This document shows positions 35,288 to 49,531 of a DNA stretch of 49,531 nt, piece after piece. The notes below the pieces were generated by a model. That model was not told the DNA's origin and made no database searches. It was given only the letters and a program-made list of their open reading frames with translations. Position 1 is the first letter of the stretch. Each line of letters starts with the position of its first letter. Position numbers and translations under genes: made by a program. Source of the stretch: Elusimicrobiota bacterium (GTDB lineage Bacteria; Elusimicrobiota; Elusimicrobia; UBA1565; JACRDR01); the NCBI GenBank assembly GCA_041694815.1, contig JBGFSC010000017.1, forward strand, positions 1-49,531, read 5' to 3'.

Positions 35288-36798
35288 GGCTTCTCCTCCT
35301 CGTCCTGCTCGCCTATGCGTTGCTCATCGGCGGCTGGTGGTTTTTCCACAAAAGGCGGCGGCAAGTCCTCTTGGACACCACGCGGACGGCCTATTATCAT
35401 TACGATTTCATAGAGCCGCGGCTACGCGCGCGCGATCCGGAGCTCAGGCGCCGCTGGACCCAGCGTCCGCCCCGTGTGCTCGTTTCCCGTAACGGCGCGC
35501 CCCTCACCACGATCGCCGGGATCCGCGAGGTGGAGCTTCGCTGGGATGAGGGCCGCGTTGCCTTCGTCGGCCGCTGGCCCTGCCCCTGGAACGCCCCCGA
35601 CGGGCGCTACGAGCTTTCTTTGGTCGGCGCCGATGGCGAGCTCCGGGATCGCCTAATTGTCTCTGGCTTCGAGATCCGGCGCCGCCGGCCGCGCCCCCTG
35701 CCCCAGCGCTTCGTGGCGGTCAATTGGGAGAGCGTGCGGCCGCTCGATACGCTCCGCGTGACGGCCCCGGACGGCGCTCAGAAAGATTGGCGCGGCCTGC
35801 TCGATTGGGTGCGCTACGCGGAGGCCGACGCCTTCTGGGTGCTGTTGGGCCAAAGCCCGGGCGGCAAGCCCGGCGAGGTCTGGGTGAGCGACAATTTCCC
35901 CTTCATCGAGGATCTCGCCAAGGAGTGTCGTGCTCGGGGCATCGCCCTGGGTCTTTACGTCATGAACTACCTGACGATGTCGAAAACCAGGCTTCCACGC
36001 TACGAGTATGCCTTGACGGTGGAAGACGGCAAGGTCGTACCGACCCGCGCCATCAGCCTGCGCGATCCGCGTCGCCCCAAGGACGTGGCCGACCTGCTCA
36101 AGCGCTTCCAGCGCCTCGAGGGGGTCGAGTACGTGGGGCTCGATTATATCCGCAACGCCCTGGGGGGCGCGGAGCTCGCCGAGGATTTCTACGCCGAGAT
36201 GCCGGGCGTGCGGCCGCCCGCGGATTGGGGTTCGTTGAGCCGCCAGGAACGGATGGTCTACTTCGAGCGCAAGAAGATCATGCGCAGGGACCCGCAGTTC
36301 ATCGACGCCTGGCAGTGGTGGAGGGCCCGCCGTGTCGCGCTCATCGTCAAGGAAATCCGCGAACGGCTAGGCCCCGAAAAACCCCTCTGGGCCTTCACCC
36401 TGACCTGGGACAAGGGCTGGCACCACGGGCAGGACCCGGTCATGATGAACGATGCCGGCGTCGACGCCGACGCCCTGATGCTCTACGAGGCCGACGCCGA
36501 GCAGTTCGAGGTCCTGCTCCGGGACTGGAGCCGCTACGTCCGCCGCTCCGACGTGCAGCTCGTCGTAGGCGACGTCGTCGATTGGCCGCTGCACCAGCGC
36601 TCGCCGATGGGGCCCCGCGAGTTCTACAACCGGACGGTGGCGGCGGCGGGCCGCATCTACGCCGACGGGCCCGCCCGAGGCATTTTCGTCCACGACCTTT
36701 CCCGGGCCCTTTGGGGCCGGCTGGGCCCCTACTCGACGCGGCAATGGATGGACGAGGCGAAAAACGCCGCGCGCCACTTCCGCTCCCTGCCCAGGTGA
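35263..36798 (+). CDS. Membrane-anchored hypothetical protein, possible glycoside-hydrolase-like TIM barrel
   Basis: N-terminal TM helix, GLDYIR motif reminiscent of GHL10/DUF4015-type domains, W..WR, MLY. Confidence 0.6.
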   Translation: MARQQHPVRLLLLVLLAYALLIGGWWFFHKRRRQVLLDTTRTAYYHYDFIEPRLRARDPELRRRWTQRPPRVLVSRNGAPLTTIAGIREVELRWDEGRVAFVGRWPCPWNAPDGRYELSLVGADGELRDRLIVSGFEIRRRRPRPLPQRFVAVNWESVRPLDTLRVTAPDGAQKDWRGLLDWVRYAEADAFWVLLGQSPGGKPGEVWVSDNFPFIEDLAKECRARGIALGLYVMNYLTMSKTRLPRYEYALTVEDGKVVPTRAISLRDPRRPKDVADLLKRFQRLEGVEYVGLDYIRNALGGAELAEDFYAEMPGVRPPADWGSLSRQERMVYFERKKIMRRDPQFIDAWQWWRARRVALIVKEIRERLGPEKPLWAFTLTWDKGWHHGQDPVMMNDAGVDADALMLYEADAEQFEVLLRDWSRYVRRSDVQLVVGDVVDWPLHQRSPMGPREFYNRTVAAAGRIYADGPARGIFVHDLSRALWGRLGPYSTRQWMDEAKNAARHFRSLPR

Positions 36799-37424
36799 AG
36801 ATCGACTTCGAGTCGCTGCGCGAGCGTATGCTCTCGTTGATCGAGGGACGGGGAGTGCGCGACCCTCGCGTGCTCGAGGCCTTCCGGCGCGTTCCCCGCG
36901 AGCTTTTCGTGGACCCGCAGTCCGCCGCGCTGGCCTACGAGGACCGCCCCCTCTCCATCGGGTTCGGCCAGACGATCTCCCAGCCCTACCTTGTGGCCTT
37001 CATGGCGGAGGCCCTGCGCCTGCGCGGCTCCGAGAAGGTGCTCGAGATCGGCACGGGGTCTGGCTATCAGACGGCCATACTATCCTGCCTGTCGCAGCGC
37101 GTCTGCACTATCGAGATCGAGCCGGAGCTTTCCAAGCGCGCACGGGGGACGCTAGGCTCCTTGGGTATCGGCAACGTGAGCTTCCGCGTGGGCGACGGCG
37201 CGCGGGGCTGGCCTGAGGAAGCTCCGTTCGACCGCGTCGTGGCCGCGGCGGCCTTCGAGACGGCTCCGCGGGAGCTGCTCGAGGAGCTTGGCGCCGGGGG
37301 CTGGTTCTTGGGGCCTTTGGGGGTCCGGGGGCGCCAGGAATTGGTTAGAATAGTCAGGACGGAGGACGGCTTCGATCGAATCGCCTTGATGCCGGTGCTC
37401 TTCGTGCCCGCCAGAACTCGATGA
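36795..37424 (+). CDS. pcm: Protein-L-isoaspartate O-methyltransferase
   Basis: VPRE.FV, AYED.PL.IG.GQTISQP, VLEIGTGSGYQ, GDG..GWPEEAPFD, V.FVP; GTGA overlap. Confidence 0.95.
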   Translation: MKIDFESLRERMLSLIEGRGVRDPRVLEAFRRVPRELFVDPQSAALAYEDRPLSIGFGQTISQPYLVAFMAEALRLRGSEKVLEIGTGSGYQTAILSCLSQRVCTIEIEPELSKRARGTLGSLGIGNVSFRVGDGARGWPEEAPFDRVVAAAAFETAPRELLEELGAGGWFLGPLGVRGRQELVRIVRTEDGFDRIALMPVLFVPARTR

Positions 37425-37894
37425 CGGCCATTTTATTGTTCGCCCTGCGCCTGCTCGCCCCCTCCCCCGTGCTCGCCCAGGTGGACCTCGGCGCGGGCCT
37501 GGGGCCCGACGCCTTCCTGCGCGCGCCCCAATCCCAACAACAGGCCCCCCCCGCCGTCACGCCTCTGGGCCTGGCCCTGAGCCTGTCCTTCGACGCGACC
37601 ACGTGGGCGGCGATCGAGGTGTCCAGCGCCCCCGCGCGCGTGTTGAGCGAAATGCTCCGGCAGGGATACTACAAGCTGGAGCTGCTGCAAATGGTGCTCA
37701 TGGCCAGGCGCGGCGCCGGCACGTTCAAGCAAGTGCAGCAGGAGCGCGGCAAGGGCCGGCGCCTCCGGGAAATCGCGGAGAGCAAGCAGGTCGATTTCGA
37801 CGCGGTCTACGAGGAGTCCCTCGCCTTGGACGCCCGCCTGACCGCGCGCCTTCTGCCCTCGGTCCTGGAGGTGCGCACATCCCCGCCGCGATAA
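37421..37894 (+). CDS. Hypothetical exported protein
   Basis: ATGA overlap with pcm, signal peptide, codon usage like its neighbours. Confidence 0.7.
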   Translation: MTAILLFALRLLAPSPVLAQVDLGAGLGPDAFLRAPQSQQQAPPAVTPLGLALSLSFDATTWAAIEVSSAPARVLSEMLRQGYYKLELLQMVLMARRGAGTFKQVQQERGKGRRLREIAESKQVDFDAVYEESLALDARLTARLLPSVLEVRTSPPR

Positions 37895-38325
37895 CCCTGT
37901 TATGGCTCGCGGGCCTTGCCGCCGCGGCCGAGCCGCTCAAGGTCCCGGTGCGTTTTCCGGACGGCACGACGATCCAGGTGGAGCTGGCGCTCACGCCGCA
38001 GCAGCGCTGGCGGGGATTGATGGGCCGCCGCTCGATCGACAAGGACGGCGGGATGCTTTTCGTCTTCCCGGAGCAGCGCTGGCTGGAATTTTGGATGAAG
38101 GACACCTGGATTTCCCTCGACATGGTCTTCCTGGATAAGGATCGGCGCGTCACGGCCATTTTCGAGCGTGTGCCCCGCGCTTATCCGGATACGCCGGAAT
38201 CCAAGCTGGCGCGCCGCTCCGCCGTGGGGCAGTACGTGCTGGAGCTTCCGGCGGGGGCCGCCAAGCGCCGGGGGCTCAAGGTGGGCCAAAGTCTGCGACT
38301 GGAGGTGATGATCCCGACTATTTGA
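37891..38325 (+). CDS. DUF192 family protein (start uncertain)
   Basis: VELA.T...R.RGLM.R, GMLFVF, FWMKDT.ISLD.VF, YVLELPAG. Confidence 0.9.
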   Translation: MTLLWLAGLAAAAEPLKVPVRFPDGTTIQVELALTPQQRWRGLMGRRSIDKDGGMLFVFPEQRWLEFWMKDTWISLDMVFLDKDRRVTAIFERVPRAYPDTPESKLARRSAVGQYVLELPAGAAKRRGLKVGQSLRLEVMIPTI

Positions 38326-38352
38326 CAGAGAAATGGCGGCTTCAAATATTTT

Positions 38353-39045
38353 TCAAATTTCGAAGCGGTAGCCTACGCCCGAGACGTTGACGATCTTCTG
38401 CGCGATGCGGGCCCCCAGCTTGCGCCGGAGCGAATACACGTGGCTTTCCACGGTGTGGGGGTTATTGTAGTCGGCCGTGTCGTAGCCCCAGATCTGCTCG
38501 AGCAGCGCCGGCGCTCCCACCACGCGCCCACCGTTGCGCATCAGGGTGGCGAGCAGGTCGAACTCCTTGCGGGTCATGGGAACCTCGCGTCCCCTCACCG
38601 ACACCGTCCGCTTTTTCACGTCGAGCGTCAAGCCTTCCGTCCGAAGCACCGATTCAGGCTCTTCCGCCGCCCGGTAGCGCTTGAGCACCGCGCGGATGCG
38701 TGCCAAGAGCAGCCTCGGGGCGAAGGGCTTGGTCACGTAGTCATCGGCCCCCTCCTCGATGCCCGTCGCCTGCTCGAGGGGCTCCTTCTTGGCTCCCGAC
38801 ATCAGGATCACCGGTATCGCCGCCGTGCGCGGATCGGCCTTGAGGCGCCGGCAAAGCGTCAGGCCGCTTAAGCCCGGCATGGCCACGTCGGAGAGCACCA
38901 GGTCCGGCCGAGATTTCGCCGCCGTCTCGACGGCGTCCTTGGGGGCCGAGACCGCCAGCACCGAGAACTGCTCGCGCTCGAGGATGCCTTGGAGAAAGCG
39001 CAGGTGTTCCCCGTCGTCGTCGACTAGCAGGATCTTGTGCGCCAT
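38353..39045 (-). CDS. OmpR-family response regulator
   Basis: REC (ILLVDDD, DVAMP, DDYVTKPF) plus winged helix (TRKEFDLL, TVESHV.SLR.KL, V.GVGYR). Confidence 0.93.
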   Translation of the reverse strand: MAHKILLVDDDGEHLRFLQGILEREQFSVLAVSAPKDAVETAAKSRPDLVLSDVAMPGLSGLTLCRRLKADPRTAAIPVILMSGAKKEPLEQATGIEEGADDYVTKPFAPRLLLARIRAVLKRYRAAEEPESVLRTEGLTLDVKKRTVSVRGREVPMTRKEFDLLATLMRNGGRVVGAPALLEQIWGYDTADYNNPHTVESHVYSLRRKLGARIAQKIVNVSGVGYRFEI

Positions 39046-40172
39046 TAGCGGAGCAGGGGGAGGCTGGCGGTCACGGCGGTTCCCGCGCCCGGGCGGCTCT
39101 CGAGCGCCATGCGGCCGCCGTGCTTGCGGACGATCTCCATGGTGAGCGAAAGGCCGAGGCCTATCCCCTCTCCCGGTTTTTTGGTGGTGAAAAAGGGCTC
39201 CCAGACCCGTTCGAGGTGCTCCGGGGCGATGCCCCGGCCGGTGTCTAGCACCCGGAGCTCGGCCCAAGGGTCGCCGCCGCCCTGCGGCGCGCGGCGCAGC
39301 TCGATGGAGAGCTTGCCCCCCTCGCCCATCGACTCGAGCCCGTTGTTGGCGAGATTGATTAGCACCTGTTCGATCTGGTTGCGGTGCCCGCGCATCGGCA
39401 AGGGCTCCCGTGGCGGCCTATGATCGACGGCGATCGACTGGAGCTTCGCCTGGGCCGCGACGAGCGGCAAAACGGAGCGCACGGCGTCGTTTAAGTCGAA
39501 TTCGGCCGGGGCGGCGTCCTCCTTCCTCGAGAAGGCCAGCATCTGCTCGACCAATTGCCGGCAGCGCCCCGCCGCTCGCTCCAAGGTCTCGAGCGTTTCC
39601 TTGTCGCGCGGGTCGCGCGCGCTCCCTTTGAGCTCCTCGGTGCTTCCCAATATGATCGAGAGGGGCGTATTAAGGTCGTGCGCGATGCCGGCGGCCAGAA
39701 GCCCCATGGCGGAGAGCTTCTCGGATTGCAGGACCATATGCTCGAGGCGCTCGCGCTTGGCGATTTGCTCCTTGAGCTCCTCCATGACCCGGGTGCGTTC
39801 GATGGCGTAGCGGACCGAGCGCTCCAACTGGTCCGGCCCGAACTGGCTCTTGACGAGGTAATCGGCGGCTCCCGCCTTCATGGCCTGCAGGTCGACGGCG
39901 GTGTCGAAGACCGCGGTCAACAGCACCAGCGGTATGCGGATTCCCTTTAGCTTGGCCTCCTGTAGCAGGTCGAGCCCGCTGCGGTCTTCGCCCAAGCGGT
40001 AATCGATGAGGCAGAGATCGTGCTCCCCGCGGAGCAGGGCGGCCAGGCCGCGGTCGTAGTTGGGCTCCCAGTCGAGGCTCAGTCGCTTGCCGATGACCCC
40101 GAGGAAACCGCGCAGCAGGACGAACTCCTCGCGGTCGTCATCGATGAGCAAAATACGGACATTCTCCGTCAT
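39045..40172 (-). CDS. Cytoplasmic REC-histidine kinase (NtrB-like)
   Basis: N-terminal REC; EKLSAMG.LAAGIAHDLNTP, QVLINL..N, DTGRG, EPFFTTK, G.GLGL. Confidence 0.92.
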   Translation of the reverse strand: MTENVRILLIDDDREEFVLLRGFLGVIGKRLSLDWEPNYDRGLAALLRGEHDLCLIDYRLGEDRSGLDLLQEAKLKGIRIPLVLLTAVFDTAVDLQAMKAGAADYLVKSQFGPDQLERSVRYAIERTRVMEELKEQIAKRERLEHMVLQSEKLSAMGLLAAGIAHDLNTPLSIILGSTEELKGSARDPRDKETLETLERAAGRCRQLVEQMLAFSRKEDAAPAEFDLNDAVRSVLPLVAAQAKLQSIAVDHRPPREPLPMRGHRNQIEQVLINLANNGLESMGEGGKLSIELRRAPQGGGDPWAELRVLDTGRGIAPEHLERVWEPFFTTKKPGEGIGLGLSLTMEIVRKHGGRMALESRPGAGTAVTASLPLLR

Positions 40173-40321
40173 GAAAGGAAGAATGATACCAAATAAACTT
40201 TTGAGAAACATTTGAGCCCGCCTATGGAGATAGGGACGGGAAAGACAGGTTCTGACACCCGGATAATTGACAGCCATGTAGTGGGGCGTTATATGATGGG
40301 TGAAGGGTTGGCGCGAGGAAA

Positions 40322-40371
40322 GCTTTTACGCGCTTTGGGCGCGTGGACTCGGCGCAAACGGCCGCGCCGAG
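40322..40371 (+). repeat. Family A element (divergent copy)
   Basis: GCTTTTACGCGC-TTTGG-GCGCGTGG followed by hairpin CTCGGCGC/GCGCCGAG. Confidence 0.7.
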
Positions 40372-40391
40372 CTCGGAATACTCGCGAAGAT

Positions 40392-40439
40392 GGTGCCAGG
40401 GATTGACTTTCGCCTAGGCGAAAGTCAATCCCTGGCACC
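40392..40439. repeat. Family B perfect 48-bp palindrome
   Basis: GGTGCCAGGGATTGACTTTCGCCT|AGGCGAAAGTCAATCCCTGGCACC. Confidence 0.95.
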
Positions 40440-40453
40440 GCGAAAACGGTGAA

Positions 40454-40495
40454 GCGCGACGAGTCACGCGCCCGAGGCGCGTAAAAACCGCCGTT
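40454..40495 (-). repeat. Family A element (partial, reverse strand)
   Basis: Reverse complement AACGGCGGTTTTTACGCGCCTCGGGCGCGTGACTCGTCGCGC. Confidence 0.85.
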
Positions 40496-40516
40496 TTTAT
40501 TTTCCGGAGGCCCAAG

Positions 40517-45921
<5,405 letters not shown>

Positions 45922-45937
<16 letters not shown>

Positions 45938-47109
45938 GGGAGCCGAAGGCCCTCTTGGGCGCGTCGCCCTCCCGGCCGCAGGCCGAGGAGGATTGCGAGG
46001 CGAGCGTCCTGCTCGTCGACGACCACCCGGAGAACCTGCTGGCCCTGGAGGTGGTGCTCAAGGACCTCTGCCCACGGCTAAACCTGGTCATGGCGGGCTC
46101 GGGGCAGGAGGCGCTTAAGCGGATGCTCGAGCGCGACTTCGCCGTTATTCTCCTCGACGTGCAGATGCCGGATTTGGACGGCTTCGAGACCGCCTCGCTC
46201 ATCCGGCAGAGGGAGCGCTCGCGCCACACCCCGATCATCTTCCTGACCGCGATCAACACCAACGAACTCTACGCCTTCAAGGGCTATTCCTTCGGTGCCG
46301 TCGATTACCTCTTCAAGCCGATCCCCCAGGACGTGCTCCGGGCCAAGGTCTCGGTGTTCGTCGACCTATTCAAGAAATCGGAGATCCTGCGGCGGCAAAG
46401 CCAGCGCTTGGCCGAGATCAACCAGGAACTCTCGCGCTCCAACTCCGAGCTCGAGCAGTTCGCCTACGTGGCCTCGCACGACTTGAGGGAGCCCCTGCGC
46501 AAGGTCTGCGGCTTCGTCGACCTCCTCGCCCTCCGCCTCAAGGGGCGCCTCGACTCGGAGAGCGAGGAGTACGTGCGATTCGTCGTCGACGGCGTCACCC
46601 GCATGGAGTCCTTGATCTCGAACCTGCTGGAATACTCGAGGGTGGGGCGCGGCGAGAAGCGACTGGAGAACGTGGACACGGGGGCCCTGCTCCAGAAGGT
46701 GCTCTCCGATCTCGAGCCCCTCATCGAGGAGAGCGGCGCCAAGATCCACCGCGACGCCATGCCCGAGCTGCGCGCGGACCCGCTCCAAATGCGGCAGCTC
46801 TTCCAGAATCTTGTCGGCAACGCCTTGAAGTTCCGCGGCAAGCGGGCCCTTAAGCTCGACATCGGGGCCCGGCGCCAGGGCGACTCCTGGGCCTTCTTCG
46901 TCAAGGACAACGGCATCGGTATCGACCGGGCGCATCATCAGCGCATCTTCTCCATATTCCAGCGCCTGCACCGACGCGACGAATACCCCGGCACCGGTAT
47001 CGGCCTGGCCATCTGCAAGAAGGTGGTGGAAAACCACGGCGGCCGCATCTGGGTCGAATCCGAGCCGGGGCGGGGGTCGACCTTCTATTTCACCCTCCCG
47101 GCCTCCTGA
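45922..47109 (+). CDS. REC-histidine kinase with Cph1/phytochrome-type kinase core
   Basis: [47 protein letters not shown]...[13 protein letters not shown]. Confidence 0.92.
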
Positions 47110-47116
47110 GGGCTCC

Positions 47117-47539
47117 ATGGCGGATTCCGCGACCCGCATCCTGCTGGTCGAAGACGATCCGGGGGATGTCCGCCTCATCCGCGAGGCCCTCAAGGGGTTC
47201 AAGACCCCCTTCGAGCTCAAGGTCGTCGGCGACGGAGAGGAGGCGATGGCCTACCTGCGCAAGGAAGGGCGCTTCGCCGCGGAGCCGACCCCGGACCTCA
47301 TCCTGCTCGATTTGAACCTCCCCCGCAAGAACGGGCGGGAGCTCTTCTCGGAAATCAGGGCGGAGCCCGCCTTAAGCCGCGTGCCGATCGCCGTGCTGAC
47401 CACCTCCAGCTCCGACCAGGACCTCATCGACGGCTACGACCCGCGGCTCAACCGCTACGTCACCAAGCCGATGCGCCTGGCCGCGCTCAACGAGGCGGTG
47501 ATGGACATCGAGTCGTTTTGGCGCCAAGCCGCCGCTTGA
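47117..47539 (+). CDS. Rcp1-like single-domain response regulator
   Basis: ILLVEDDPGD, PDLILLDLNLPRKNG, VLTTS, Y.TKP, IE.FW. Confidence 0.92.
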   Translation: MADSATRILLVEDDPGDVRLIREALKGFKTPFELKVVGDGEEAMAYLRKEGRFAAEPTPDLILLDLNLPRKNGRELFSEIRAEPALSRVPIAVLTTSSSDQDLIDGYDPRLNRYVTKPMRLAALNEAVMDIESFWRQAAA

Positions 47540-47546
47540 GCGGCGC

Positions 47547-47659
47547 CGACCCGAGGCATTGCCTCCGTCGGAACGCGCGGCCCGCGGGGCCGCGCTCGGT
47601 CCTCGGCGGCTTTTCCGTGCGCCGCCTGCGGATGTCCTCCTCCGGCATGCCTCGGGTCG
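47547..47659. repeat. Multi-branch intergenic stem-loop element
   Basis: Perfect 13-bp closing stem CGACCCGAGGCAT/ATGCCTCGGGTCG with internal hairpins. Confidence 0.7.
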
Positions 47660-47704
47660 TCGATAAGACCGCCCGCGCCGGCCGACCCTCGGTAATGCGG
47701 GATT

Positions 47705-47713
47705 TGCTACAAT
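47705..47713 (+). promoter_or_regulatory. Extended -10 (TGcTACAAT) leaderless-type promoter of mrp
   Basis: 6 nt upstream of the GTG start; no SD. Confidence 0.5.
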
Positions 47714-47719
47714 GAGATC

Positions 47720-48796
47720 GTGCCGACTCAAGAGCAGGTCCTCGACGCGCTGCGCCGCTGCCAGGAGCCCGAACTCAAGCAGGACATCGTCTCGCTGGGG
47801 ATGATCCAGAACATCGCCATCGACGGCGGCAAGGTCTCCTTCGACTACGTCCTGACCACGCCGGCCTGCCCGCTCAAGGGCATGATGGAGCTCGAGGCCC
47901 GCGAGGCGGTGCTCAAGGTGCCGGGAGTGCGCGAGGTCGCCATCCGCATGGGAGCCAACGTCAAGAAGGACCTGAGGCTCGAGCGCGTGGTCCCCTCCGG
48001 GGTCAAGAACATCGTCGCCGTCGGCAGCGGCAAGGGCGGAGTGGGCAAGTCGACGGTCGCCTGCAACCTCGCCGTCTCCTTGGCGCTCGAAGGCGCGGCG
48101 GTGGGCCTGCTCGACGCCGACGTCTACGGACCCAACCAGCCTCAGATGATGGGCGTGGCCGGTTTTTCTCCCTCGGCCGACCGCGACAACAAGATCGACC
48201 CGGCCGAGGCCTTCGGCGTGCGGTTGATGTCGATGGGCTTCCTGACGGATCCCGACCAGCCCGTGATCTGGCGCGGCCCGATGCTCCACGGGGCGATCAC
48301 GCAGTTCTTGCGCGACGTCCGGTGGGGAGAGCTGGACTACCTGGTCGTCGACCTTCCCCCCGGCACCGGCGACGTGCAGCTTTCCCTGTGCCAGACCGTC
48401 CCCCTGATGGGGGCTGTCATCGTCACCACGCCGCAGACCATCGCGCTCTCGGACGTCCAAAAAGCCGTGGCGATGTTCCAGAAGCTCAACGTGCCGCTTT
48501 TGGGCGTCGTCGAGAATATGGCGGAGTTCGCCTGTCCCCATTGCGGCAAGACGAGCGAGATATTCTCGCGCGGCGGCGGCAAAAGCCTCGCCGAGAAGTA
48601 CCGCATCCCCGCGCTGGGGTCCATCCCCTTGGATCCCGCGGTCTGCCGCACCGGAGAGGACGGCAAGCCCGTCGCCGCGTCCCATCCCGACAGCGCGCCC
48701 GCCAAGGCCTTCCGGGAGCTGGCCCGGCGCGTGGCCGCCGCCGTCAGCGTGCGGGCCGCGCAGTATAAGCCTCTAGAAATCAAGGTCGTATCATAA
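47720..48796 (+). CDS. apbC: Mrp/NBP35 (ApbC) Fe-S cluster carrier ATPase
   Basis: DUF59-like N-terminus (TTPACP), GKGGVGKST, DADVYGP, WRGPM, DLPPGTGD, ENM...CPHC. Confidence 0.95.
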   Translation: MPTQEQVLDALRRCQEPELKQDIVSLGMIQNIAIDGGKVSFDYVLTTPACPLKGMMELEAREAVLKVPGVREVAIRMGANVKKDLRLERVVPSGVKNIVAVGSGKGGVGKSTVACNLAVSLALEGAAVGLLDADVYGPNQPQMMGVAGFSPSADRDNKIDPAEAFGVRLMSMGFLTDPDQPVIWRGPMLHGAITQFLRDVRWGELDYLVVDLPPGTGDVQLSLCQTVPLMGAVIVTTPQTIALSDVQKAVAMFQKLNVPLLGVVENMAEFACPHCGKTSEIFSRGGGKSLAEKYRIPALGSIPLDPAVCRTGEDGKPVAASHPDSAPAKAFRELARRVAAAVSVRAAQYKPLEIKVVS

Positions 48797-48853
48797 CTGT
48801 TTTTGTAAAATGCCGTAGTCGCGCCCTGCAGCGCTACCAAGGAGGAGCAACGA

Positions 48854-49345
48854 ATGACCACCACCGCCGCCGCGCCTAGCAAAGAGACGACGCCGATCGC
48901 CGTGGGCAGCAAGGCCCCGGATTTCACCTTGCCCGACCAGGACAAGAAGGATTTTAAGCTCGGCGATTACCTGGGCAAGAAGCCCGTCGTGCTGTTCTTC
49001 TATCCTCTTGATTGGAGCCCGACCTGCACCAAGGAGAATGCCTGCTTCACCAACGACCTTTCGAAGTTCTCGAAATGGGCTGAGGTCGCGGCTATCTCCA
49101 TCGACTCGGTCTGGTCGCATAAGGCCTGGCAGGAGAAGATGGGCCTCAAGCACCGCCTGCTGGCCGACATGCACCGGAGCGTGACCAAGGCCTATGGGCT
49201 CTACCACCCGGGCGCTAATATCAGCCAGCGCGCCACCGTCGTCATCGGCAAAGACGGCAATGTGGCCTGGGTCAAGGTGGAGCCGGACATCACCAAGGAG
49301 CGCGATTACTCCGAGGTGGAGCGAGTATTGCAGGGCCTAAAATAA
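48854..49345 (+). CDS. Peroxiredoxin (AhpC/TSA, AhpE-like)
   Basis: APDFTL.DQ, FYPLDWSPTCTKE (PxxxSxxC), IS.DS..SH.AW, conserved Arg in QRAT; AAGGAGG SD. Confidence 0.9.
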   Translation: MTTTAAAPSKETTPIAVGSKAPDFTLPDQDKKDFKLGDYLGKKPVVLFFYPLDWSPTCTKENACFTNDLSKFSKWAEVAAISIDSVWSHKAWQEKMGLKHRLLADMHRSVTKAYGLYHPGANISQRATVVIGKDGNVAWVKVEPDITKERDYSEVERVLQGLK

Positions 49346-49348
49346 AAT

Positions 49349-49531
49349 AACGGCGGCTTTTACGCGCTCCTGTAGCGTGACTCGCCGCGCAAAGCGCGGC
49401 GAGTTCGAGGTTTAGCGCGAGGTGTCAAGCAAGAACGAGCGATTATCGAACGGCAGTTTTTACGCGCCTCGGGCGCGTGACTTGCCGCGCAAGCGCGGCA
49501 AGTGCGAGGTTTAGCGCGAGGTGTCAAGCAA
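49349..49531 (+). repeat. Two tandem full-length family A elements (100-nt period)
   Basis: 49349-49432 and 49449-49531 share AACGGCRGYTTTTACGCGC...GCGTGA CTYGCCGCGC..GCGCGGCRAG..CGAGGTTTAGCGCGAGGTGTCAAGCAA. Confidence 0.95.

Noticed and set aside
49349..49531. Possible CRISPR array at the window end
   Set aside because: Units are about 84 nt, not identical, separated by only 16 nt, and have dispersed copies elsewhere; no cas genes are visible.

Overview
GC-rich bacterial chromosomal segment. An Elusimicrobiota-like origin is my inference from the gene repertoire and the PilE-like pilin; it is not proven. It carries about 45 genes, mostly housekeeping and envelope functions. Left part, mostly minus strand: ArnT-like GT-C glycosyltransferase, MDR oxidoreductase, DksA/TraR, polyamine aminopropyltransferase and speD, rpiB-pgi-kdsC, TPR-SpoIID, an RlmN/Cfr-family methyltransferase, tRNA-Gly(CCC), a TMTC-like TPR glycosyltransferase, aquaporin, a CCA/HD nucleotidyltransferase, acyl-CoA ligase, and an Lrp-domain-led Opp/Dpp ABC operon with an embedded OPT transporter. 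Right part: a Cys-repeat type IV pilin, dtd, pcm, two-component systems including a 1806-aa poly-HAMP hybrid kinase, Mrp/ApbC and a peroxiredoxin. I found no CRISPR array, transposase or integrase. The most unusual signals are non-coding. One is a dispersed family of ~85-nt double-hairpin elements with covarying stems (at least 6 copies, two in tandem at the window end). The other is a family of GGTGCCAGG-ended long palindromes that combine with them into composite elements, one of which reads in frame into oppA. Also notable: widespread leaderless-type promoters, candidate non-canonical start codons overlapping upstream stops, a Cfr-like RlmN lacking its N-terminal domain, and a split basic DNA-binding-type gene.
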